DNA of 24,000 bases from an uncultured Thalassospiraceae bacterium. Its GTDB lineage: Bacteria; Pseudomonadota; Alphaproteobacteria; Rhodospirillales; Magnetovibrionaceae. The position numbers and the translations under genes were made by a program. Location: positions 18,174 through 42,173 of the forward strand of contig CBFDBQ010000009.1 of the NCBI GenBank assembly GCA_965603095.1, in the 5' to 3' direction. How positions within the stretch are numbered: the first letter of the stretch is position 1; each line of letters starts with the position of its first letter. A model generated the notes under the pieces. It was not told the origin of the DNA. It searched no databases and saw nothing but the letters and a program-made list of their open reading frames with translations. Of this stretch, positions 1 to 6,859 are shown in pieces.

Positions 1-125
1 AGCGCGCCATAAGGCACGGTGCCTCAATGGCCCATTAGAACAAGAGCGTGGCATAAGGCACGGCGACCACTTGGTCGCTTTTTGATGTAAGAGCGCCGCA
101 TAGGCGGCGGCGGCCATTTGGCCGC
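1..125. repeat. Three tandem copies of a ~37-nt double-hairpin (REP-like) repeat; the first is cut by the window edge
   Basis: Copies lie at about 1-33, 42-78 and 89-125. The unit is AAGAGCG, then a 5-bp hairpin with an ATAA/ATAG loop, then CGG, then a 6-7-bp hairpin. Examples of the second hairpin are GCGACCA-CT-TGGTCGC and GCGGCCA-TT-TGGCCGC. The stems differ between copies by paired (compensatory) changes. Copy 42-78 is followed by TTTTT. Confidence 0.7.
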
Positions 126-135
126 TATTGGAAAT

Positions 136-399
136 ATGTCCAAAGAAAAACGCGTTTACGTATGTATAAACAAACGTGGTGGCAAGGCCTGTATTGGGCC
201 AAAGTCGCGCGAGGTTTTTCGCGCCCTGCGCCAGCGCGCCCGTGAACGTGCCGAACAAGGCGGGGACCCGGTAGAGGTCGAACGTATTGTTTGCATGGGC
301 TATTGTGGCCAAGGTCCCAACGTCAAAATTCACGGCGGGCGGTTTTTCCACGAGGTTGACCCCGATAAGGTTGATGAGATTTTGGATACGCTAACTTAA
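136..399 (+). CDS. Thioredoxin-like (2Fe-2S) ferredoxin domain protein (small)
   Basis: The ORF carries the Cys pattern VCINKRGGKAC ... VCMGYCGQGPNV typical of thioredoxin-like 2Fe-2S ferredoxins. I prefer the ATG at 136. The ORF track starts at an in-frame TTG at 118 that lies inside a repeat hairpin. Confidence 0.7.
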   Translation: MSKEKRVYVCINKRGGKACIGPKSREVFRALRQRARERAEQGGDPVEVERIVCMGYCGQGPNVKIHGGRFFHEVDPDKVDEILDTLT

Positions 400-403
400 A
401 TTA

Positions 404-522
404 AAGAACGTCGCATAAGCGACGGCGGCAGCTTTGCCGCTAGAGCACAAAGCTGTGCGCCGCACCGGATGGTGCGTTCTTAAAATTAATGCGGCGCTCT
501 TTCAAATTATGGCACGCTCTTT
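404..522. repeat. More copies of the same double-hairpin repeat: two forward and two truncated inverted
   Basis: Forward copy 404-440 is AAGAACGTCGCATAAGCGACGGCGGCAGCTTTGCCGC. Forward copy 442-480 has an outer AGAGC/GTTCT pairing that closes two inner hairpins. 491-501 (GCGGCGCTCTT) is the exact reverse complement of 89-99. 511-521 (GGCACGCTCTT) is the reverse complement of 42-52 with one mismatch. Confidence 0.65.
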
Positions 523-1438
523 AACGAAGAACTTGATCTATGTAATCGCGAGATTTGGCCATGAGCACTTTTTTAGTGTTTTTGTGTTTGTACATTTGCA
601 CGTCGGCGGCTGAGAAAAGCTTGTCTAGATCTTCGCTGTCGTCGGGCAGTACGGCACAACCGACGCTGGCACTGGCCTTTAGAATTGTGCCGTCAATATT
701 GTATGGAGTGGCGCTTAAGGCTTTTTCAATTTTTTCGCCAATGGCATAAATGTGTTCGGCTGATTTAGGCTTAATCAATATGGCGGCAAATTCATCACCA
801 CCAATACGTGCCACAACATCACTGGACCGGGTTTCGTTGACTATCCGTTCAGAAATTTGTTGCAATAATTGATCTCCGACCTTGTGGCCGTATTTATCAT
901 TTACGTATTTAAACTTATCGACATCTATTACCAACAACCCAATCTTTTCATTGTCGCGTTTGGCCCGTTGCGAAGCTTGTTGTAACTGGGCGTCAAACAA
1001 ACCTTTGTTGCCAAGCCCGGTTAGCGCATCGTGCAGGGCTTCTTTTTGCAATCCAACCTCACGAAGCTTTAAATACAAAGAATATGAAACGCATTTTGAA
1101 AGCTCAAATTCGGTGAAGCGTTCTTTGATTATATAATCCATTGCGCCTAGCGTCAGGGCTTCAAACGCGGCTTCTTTGCTGGCACGGGATGAAAGGATCA
1201 CAAATGCGGTCAACGCGGTTGTGTTGTTAAGGGATTTAAGGATATCCAATCCGGCGGCGGAACCGTCTAAATCGTACCCAAGAAAGCATAATTCATAATA
1301 GTTTGTGTCGAGGTGCGACAATGCCGCCTTGGCGGTGGTAACGTGATCAACCTTGACGTCTTGTGGGCAGCACTTTTTGATCATCTTTTTCAGATGATCT
1401 GCATATGGCTGTTCACTTTCGGCAATTAGAAATCGCAC
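521..1438 (-). CDS. Response-regulator receiver + GGDEF diguanylate cyclase
   Basis: The N-terminal domain is CheY-like (FLGYDLDG acceptor-Asp context, DYIIKE Lys). The C-terminal GGDEF domain has DALTGLGNKGLF, an RSSD I-site five residues before an intact GGDEF (ARIGGDEFAAIL). The start codon is GTG at 1438. Confidence 0.9.
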   Translation of the reverse strand: MRFLIAESEQPYADHLKKMIKKCCPQDVKVDHVTTAKAALSHLDTNYYELCFLGYDLDGSAAGLDILKSLNNTTALTAFVILSSRASKEAAFEALTLGAMDYIIKERFTEFELSKCVSYSLYLKLREVGLQKEALHDALTGLGNKGLFDAQLQQASQRAKRDNEKIGLLVIDVDKFKYVNDKYGHKVGDQLLQQISERIVNETRSSDVVARIGGDEFAAILIKPKSAEHIYAIGEKIEKALSATPYNIDGTILKASASVGCAVLPDDSEDLDKLFSAADVQMYKHKNTKKVLMAKSRDYIDQVLR

Positions 1439-1610
1439 CTAAGAATCCCTCAGCTTTTTTATTGGCCGTACGTTTATACGGCTATTAGTTGTAAGGCAGC
1501 CGCCAAATAATGGATCCATTCTGGATTATGCATCGAATCGGTGATTTGAGGCACAGTAAGCTTACCACCCAATATGCTGTTTTCACAATATAGCTAAAAT
1601 GCACTATAAT

Positions 1611-1647
1611 TTTTAAGAACGCCGCTGCTACTGCGGCGTTCTTAAAA
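1611..1647. repeat. Perfect 15-bp-stem palindrome related to the 1-522 repeat family
   Basis: The arms are TTTTAAGAACGCCGC and GCGGCGTTCTTAAAA around a 7-nt loop. It shares the AAGAACGYCGC core with the repeat family. The 16-mer GCGTTCTTAAAATTAA at 1636-1651 is identical to 474-489. Confidence 0.7.
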
Positions 1648-1657
1648 TTAACTCATT

Positions 1658-1697
1658 AAAAAACCCGCACTCTGAATGCAGAGGGCGGGTTTTTTTA
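1658..1697. terminator. Bidirectional rho-independent terminator (serves rpsU on the minus strand)
   Basis: The sequence is AAAAAACCCGCACTCTG-AATG-CAGAGGGCGGGTTTTTTT. The stem is GC-rich with an A-run on one side and a T-run on the other. It lies 21 nt downstream of the rpsU stop. Confidence 0.8.
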
Positions 1698-1717
1698 TAG
1701 ATCGGGAACGGTCAGGC

Positions 1718-1921
1718 TTAGAAGCCTTCGCGTTCCAGGCGCTTGCGTTCCATCTTTCGTGCGCGCGATACGGCCTCGGCCTTTTCGCGTGCGCGTTTTT
1801 CAGACGGCTTTTCAAAGTGCTTGCGAAGCTTGAGTTCACGGAAAATACCTTCCCGTTGCATCTTCTTCTTCAAGACCTTCAGCGCTTGGTCAACGTTGTT
1901 ATCGCGGACGACAACTTGCAC
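1718..1921 (-). CDS. rpsU: 30S ribosomal protein S21
   Basis: The translation [67 protein letters not shown] matches S21 end to end. The start is GTG at 1921, preceded by AAGGAAG. The 105-aa ORF-track version is an upstream over-extension. Confidence 0.93.
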   Translation of the reverse strand: MQVVVRDNNVDQALKVLKKKMQREGIFRELKLRKHFEKPSEKRAREKAEAVSRARKMERKRLEREGF

Positions 1922-2099
1922 GTTACCACTTCCTTTCAAGTTAGGGTTAAACCCCCGAAAGCCTTGCCTTCGAGGCGTTCCGCGCCTTAATCTAAATAAA
2001 TCTTGGCACCAACGGAACGGCGCTGGGTGTAACACATCAAATTGCCCCTGTGAAGGGCTTTTGCCATAACCATTTAAAATATAAGGAAATTAGCACTTT

Positions 2100-2687
2100 A
2101 TGGCCATTTTGAAGATAGCCCGCATGGGCCACCCGGCGCTCAGAACCCCGGCCGTGGCGGTTGAAGACCCCGCATCGCCCGAAATAAAGGCCCTAGTGGC
2201 CAATATGGTGGAAACCATGGATGATGCCGATGGTACCGGGCTGGCCGCCCCACAGGTGCATGTGGGCCTACGGGTGGTGGTTTTCTTTGTGGATGCGTCA
2301 CGGGTCTCTGAGGAAGAGGAGTTGGAGGAGGGCGGCGGCATACCCCTGACCGTGCTTATTAATCCGGAAATAGAGCCATTATCCGAAGAAATGGAGCTGG
2401 GCTGGGAAGGCTGCCTTTCGGTGCCGGGAATGTCGGGCGAGGTGCCGCGTTATAGCCATATTCGCTACCGCGGCGTGGGCCTAGACGGAAAACCCTTTGA
2501 GCGCGAGGCTTCGGGGTTTCACGCCCGTGTGGTGCAACATGAATGTGACCATTTAGACGGAATACTGTATCCTGCTCGGGTGGTTGATATTAACAGGTTC
2601 GGTTTTACCGATGCCTTGGTGCATGGCATAAGCCGACCTGATGAAGGATCTGGCGAAGAGCCAGACGAAGAGCAATATGACGAATAA
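2100..2687 (+). CDS. def: Peptide deformylase
   Basis: All three PDF motifs are present: GTGLAAPQV, EGCLSVPG and HECDHLDG. There is an acidic insertion (SEEEELEEGGG) and an acidic C-terminal tail. Confidence 0.93.
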   Translation: MAILKIARMGHPALRTPAVAVEDPASPEIKALVANMVETMDDADGTGLAAPQVHVGLRVVVFFVDASRVSEEEELEEGGGIPLTVLINPEIEPLSEEMELGWEGCLSVPGMSGEVPRYSHIRYRGVGLDGKPFEREASGFHARVVQHECDHLDGILYPARVVDINRFGFTDALVHGISRPDEGSGEEPDEEQYDE

Positions 2688-3354
2688 AAAATCTGATAAA
2701 AAATTAAGCCGTGATGAAATTAAAGACGCCATGGTACTGGCCGCCAGCCCCCATGTGGCATTTGACGGCTGGGGTATGGACGCCCTTGTTCGTGGCGCAG
2801 TAGACGCCGGTTTTGATGAAGCAACCGCCAAACGCATGTTTCCCCAAGGCGCGGTTGACGCCATTTGCCATTTTGCCAATTTATCTGACCGGGAAATGCT
2901 TAAAACAATGGATGGCGCGGATATTGAACTCATGCGTATTCGCGACCGGATAATTTTTGGCGTTCGCGCACGGCTCGAATTTCTCATTCCCCACCGCGAA
3001 GCAGTTCGCGCTGGGTTGGGTGTGCTGGCAAGCCCGGCTCATGGTGCGACCATGGCAAAGATTACCCATAATACGGTTGATGCCATATGGAACAAAGCGG
3101 GTGATAAATCCAACGATTTTAATTGGTACACTAAACGCGGGCTTTTAGGTGCGGTTTACGGGGCAACTGTTCTGTATTGGCTGGCCGATGAAAGCGATGG
3201 TTTTTCCGCCACTTGGGATTTTCTGGCCCGGCGCATAGATGGTGTTTTAAAAATTCCACCGATGAAAGCAAGGTTTGTAAAGGCGCTTGAAGATTTACCA
3301 AAACGATTTGGATTTTTTTCAAACCCCGCAGAACATGACGGAACACCAACATGA
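2677..3354 (+). CDS. COQ9-family protein (the family known as rpsU-divergently transcribed protein)
   Basis: It has the COQ9-like helical domain with DFNWYTKRGLLGAVYGATVLYWL. I prefer the ATG at 2677, which overlaps the def stop (ATGACGAATAA). The ORF-track start at 2641 lies inside def. Confidence 0.8.
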   Translation: MTNKKSDKKLSRDEIKDAMVLAASPHVAFDGWGMDALVRGAVDAGFDEATAKRMFPQGAVDAICHFANLSDREMLKTMDGADIELMRIRDRIIFGVRARLEFLIPHREAVRAGLGVLASPAHGATMAKITHNTVDAIWNKAGDKSNDFNWYTKRGLLGAVYGATVLYWLADESDGFSATWDFLARRIDGVLKIPPMKARFVKALEDLPKRFGFFSNPAEHDGTPT

Positions 3355-4223
3355 CGGGGGCTATTTTTTCACCAGATAGCGTAGCAATGGAAGCACTGAG
3401 CGCTGGCAAGCCAGCAACCATGGCCGATCATTTCGCCGCGTGCTCACGCCTTGGGCGTTATCTTACGTTGGTCGATAGTGGGCGTTTTGTTATTTCCGAT
3501 GATTTAATATCATCACGCATGCCACGCGAAGCAGTGGCGTTTGCATCTATTTGTTCCAAGGACGAGGTTGTGGCCCGGGCCGCACTTTTGCCACTGGGCC
3601 GTTTGGGTGCAGATAAATCTCGGCGTGGTGCTTACGAAGAACTATTTAACCTTATTGAATTGCAAGCCTTAAGCCCGCGTGTTCGTGCCGATGCCGAAGC
3701 AATGATAGAAGGTGGTTTCCGCGAAGCCCGCATACTGGAACTAGAAGCCAATCTGCATGATGAACTAAACCCGGCCCGCGCGCGTTATCGCAAGTTTTTA
3801 GAAACCGTAGCGCAATTGGTTAGTGGAAACATTTCCCAAGGATACTTTCTTGATGAATTTACCGATTTCACCAACACCGTTGCCGGGCGATTAGATTTTG
3901 GTATTTACAGCTTTTGCCTTGACCGTATTTTTTCGGCGCCCGCTATTCCCCTAAAGCTTAAAAAAACCTTGGTGGTTGAATTAATGGCCTTCCCACCCAT
4001 AATCAGACGCGAACTTTTATCCAATATTTTGGCGGGGGCTACTACGATGATTGAACTGTGTGCATTTACCCGCCATGCAATGGCTTTGCACCTTAAAAAA
4101 GAACGGGTGTTAGAAGTTGAATTGTTAGAAGCCGTAAAAATGAAACGCCTAAGCACCAGCGATATTGAAATAAGCCTCAAAGGCCAAAGCCAAAGTGCGG
4201 CTTTTGCCTCTGGTCAGGCTTAG
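3351..4223 (+). CDS. Hypothetical protein, 290 aa, no family recognised
   Basis: This is a long ORF whose ATG overlaps the COQ9 stop (ATGA at 3351-3354), so it is likely translationally coupled. Composition looks helical. I see no recognisable motifs. Confidence 0.65.
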   Translation: MTGAIFSPDSVAMEALSAGKPATMADHFAACSRLGRYLTLVDSGRFVISDDLISSRMPREAVAFASICSKDEVVARAALLPLGRLGADKSRRGAYEELFNLIELQALSPRVRADAEAMIEGGFREARILELEANLHDELNPARARYRKFLETVAQLVSGNISQGYFLDEFTDFTNTVAGRLDFGIYSFCLDRIFSAPAIPLKLKKTLVVELMAFPPIIRRELLSNILAGATTMIELCAFTRHAMALHLKKERVLEVELLEAVKMKRLSTSDIEISLKGQSQSAAFASGQA

Positions 4224-4239
4224 GGCCAAGCTTAATTTA

Positions 4240-5337
4240 TTAAACTTTAGGCCCGCTTCCTTTTTTATATAATTTATTTACGTGGCCCATCTTGCGCCCG
4301 GCCCGCGCTTCGGCCTTGCCATATAGGTGCAGTTTGTTTTCAGGATCGGCTATAATTTTTTCCCAATCATCCGCGTCATCGCCAATAAGGTTTTTCATTA
4401 CCGCATCCGAATGACGCTCGGTACTGCCCAAATTAATTCCACAAACGGCGCGAACAAATTGTTCAAACTGGCTTGTGTTGCATCCATCTTGGGTCCAATG
4501 GCCGGAATTGTGTGGCCGGGGCGCCATTTCGTTTACTAAAATATCGCCATTTTCGGTGATGAACATCTCCACCGCTAGCAATCCAACAATATCCATTTTG
4601 GTTGCCATTTTTTCAGCGGTTTCGATTGCCACGGCCTGTAATTCATCGCTTATGTTTGCCGGCACGATGGTTATGTCTAAAATGCCGTGGTCGTGGCGGT
4701 TTTCAGCCACATCAAAGCTTTTCATTGTTCCGTCAATGGAGCGGGCGCAAATAACCGAAACCTCTAACTTAAAATCTACAAACCCTTCTAAAATGGCCGC
4801 ATCGGTTTCTAGTTCGGCCCATTTTTTATTTGCGTCATCACCTTGGTTAATGCGGACTTGGCCCTTGCCGTCATAACCTAGCCTAGTGGTTTTTAGTATG
4901 GCGGGCGTGCCAATATTTTCTATTGCCTGAATTAATTCATCTGCATTGTTTACCTCGGCCCAGGGTGCGGTTTTAATGCCCAGGCTTTCGGCAAAGGTTT
5001 TTTCTCTTATGCGGTCTTGGGCAATCTCAAGACACTGCCAGCCGGGACGAACAGGCTTAAGGCCAGCTAATATTTTAACGCTTTGGGCCGGCACATTTTC
5101 AAATTCAAAGGTTATCACATCGACGCCTGCGGCAAATTGTTTTAGTGCTCCCGCATCGTCATAGGGTGCAACAATAGTTTTGGCCGCAACTTGGGATGCG
5201 GGTGAATTTTGTTCTGGGGTGAATATGTGCGTTTGATAGCCAAGCTCTGCCGCCCCAACGGCTGTCATGCGCCCCAATTGACCACCACCAACAATACCAA
5301 TGGTTGAGCCGGGGGGAATTACTGCCTGATTGTTCAT
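4240..5337 (-). CDS. purK: N5-carboxyaminoimidazole ribonucleotide synthase
   Basis: It has an ATP-grasp architecture with N-terminal IGIVGGGQLGRM. It sits directly downstream of purE, which is the conserved purEK order. Confidence 0.93.
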   Translation of the reverse strand: MNNQAVIPPGSTIGIVGGGQLGRMTAVGAAELGYQTHIFTPEQNSPASQVAAKTIVAPYDDAGALKQFAAGVDVITFEFENVPAQSVKILAGLKPVRPGWQCLEIAQDRIREKTFAESLGIKTAPWAEVNNADELIQAIENIGTPAILKTTRLGYDGKGQVRINQGDDANKKWAELETDAAILEGFVDFKLEVSVICARSIDGTMKSFDVAENRHDHGILDITIVPANISDELQAVAIETAEKMATKMDIVGLLAVEMFITENGDILVNEMAPRPHNSGHWTQDGCNTSQFEQFVRAVCGINLGSTERHSDAVMKNLIGDDADDWEKIIADPENKLHLYGKAEARAGRKMGHVNKLYKKGSGPKV

Positions 5338-5352
5338 ATTAATTTAGTCCGA

Positions 5353-5844
5353 TTAATCAGATGGCGTTTCGGCAACGGCGTCGGTTTGTGCCGCCCGCCA
5401 TTTAGCCAATTCGCTCGCCACGGATGCATCGGAAAGAGCAATTACGCTGGCGGCTAAAAGTGCGGCATTTATTGCGCCGGCTTTTCCAATGGCCAATGTG
5501 CCAACCGGAACGCCAGCTGGCATTTGCGCGATGGAAAGAAGCGAGTCCATTCCTTTGAGCGCCTTGCTTTCTATGGGCACACCAAAAACAGGAAGCGTCG
5601 TCATGGAAGCGGTCATTCCGGGAAGGTGTGCGGCACCACCGGCGCCGGCAATTATTACTTTTATTCCACGTTCAGATGCGCTTTCGGCATATTCAGCCAT
5701 GCGCTTGGGTGTGCGGTGGGCCGAGACGATTCGGGTCTCGAACGTCACCCCAAGCGCCTCTAGGGTATCAGCACAATTTTTCATGGTATCCCAGTCGGAC
5801 TGGCTGCCCATGATAATTCCGATAACTGCCTTGGTATCAGACAT
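5353..5844 (-). CDS. purE: N5-carboxyaminoimidazole ribonucleotide mutase
   Basis: Class I PurE motifs are present: MGSQSDW, SAHRTP and [10 protein letters not shown]. Confidence 0.95.
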   Translation of the reverse strand: MSDTKAVIGIIMGSQSDWDTMKNCADTLEALGVTFETRIVSAHRTPKRMAEYAESASERGIKVIIAGAGGAAHLPGMTASMTTLPVFGVPIESKALKGMDSLLSIAQMPAGVPVGTLAIGKAGAINAALLAASVIALSDASVASELAKWRAAQTDAVAETPSD

Positions 5845-6038
5845 TGCTTAAAAGCCTTCTTTGTTTCAAACGGTTAATTACTTGAGGTTTACTGGCCCCC
5901 AAGAGGAAAGGCGGCAATTATAGGGATAGCGGCCTCGCTGGCAAGGGCTGGTTATGGGGCCTAGAATATTGCCATTTTTTTAAATATTTGGCGGTTATGA
6001 TACATTTTAAGCAGTGCTTTTAGTCAGGAAACTAGACC

Positions 6039-6824
6039 ATGTCTGACGACCCAATTGGATCATATGCGCCAGTGCACTCGGTTTCCCCCGAACGCGACAG
6101 AAAAATGCCGCGTCAAGAAAAGGTCTATGACCCCTCAACCCGAAAAAAAGGCGGTGATGGCGGTGGCGGTAGTGACGGCAAAAAGGAAAGTTTTGCTGGC
6201 GGCTCCGGCCACGAAGACATAAACGATGAAGTATCTATTTTGGGTATTCCCAAAGAAGAAATGAGCAAAAGCGTTACCGACGCCATAAATATTTTACTGG
6301 AAGAAATAAACTTTCTTAAAAGCGAGCTTGCAAAATCTCACGGCCATGAAGCCTATCTTGAAGAGCAGGTCGAAACCGATCTTAATTTGCACGTTTTAAG
6401 AAGGCGGGCTCTTACTTCAAAAATAATACATGCGGTTGGGCGGGTCGAAGAAGAAAACACACCCTATTCTTTTATTTTTATTACCATAAAAAATGCTCCG
6501 ACTACGGGTAAAGAGTTTGGCCGAGACGCATACGATGAATTAATCAAACAGGCGGCTGGCGCGCTGCGCGAAGGGGTGGAGCCGGGCGACATTTTAGGTA
6601 GCCTCAGAAACCATGATTTTGGAATAATTTTACCCGGCAACACTGTTGGCGATGCTGAATTGAAAGCACAATCATTGATGCTTTCGCTGGGCGGCAGGAA
6701 GCTTGTGTGGAAAGGTAGCGCCCTTGATATAGATGCTCGGTATGGAATAACTGGAATTAATTCAGGCGATAATATTGAAAATATTTTAGAACGCTCATCA
6801 AACGACCAGCAGCGCAGGGCTTGA
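6039..6824 (+). CDS. Degenerate GGDEF-domain protein with disordered Gly-rich N-terminus and a coiled coil
   Basis: The C-terminal half aligns to a GGDEF domain (DLNLHVLRRRAL ... FIFITI ... GSLRNHDFGIILPG). The GGDEF signature is RNHDF and the RxxD I-site position reads EPGD. An AGGAAA ribosome-binding site precedes the ATG. Confidence 0.75.
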   Translation: MSDDPIGSYAPVHSVSPERDRKMPRQEKVYDPSTRKKGGDGGGGSDGKKESFAGGSGHEDINDEVSILGIPKEEMSKSVTDAINILLEEINFLKSELAKSHGHEAYLEEQVETDLNLHVLRRRALTSKIIHAVGRVEEENTPYSFIFITIKNAPTTGKEFGRDAYDELIKQAAGALREGVEPGDILGSLRNHDFGIILPGNTVGDAELKAQSLMLSLGGRKLVWKGSALDIDARYGITGINSGDNIENILERSSNDQQRRA

Positions 6825-6859
6825 AGGGTTTAGGCGACATCTAAAAATGGAAGAGGTTT

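Noticed and set aside
1-522. Mobile element (IS or MITE) carrying the ferredoxin-like gene.
   Set aside because: There is no transposase or integrase, and I could not identify target-site duplications. The inverted 11-mers are explained by oppositely oriented copies of the repeat family. I report it as a repeat cluster and keep mobility only as a hypothesis.
1676-2069. Plus-strand ORFs 1676-1990 and 1743-2069, and the 105-aa extended version of the rpsU ORF.
   Set aside because: They overlap the unmistakable S21 coding sequence. S21 starts at the GTG at 1921, which has a good ribosome-binding site. The extension adds an N-terminus that is not S21-like.
5845-6038. Possible purine or ZTP-type riboswitch upstream of purE.
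   Set aside because: Reading the minus strand, I could not find the conserved ZTP (pfl) core or pseudoknot elements, or a purine-riboswitch three-way junction. It is treated as an ordinary divergent promoter region.
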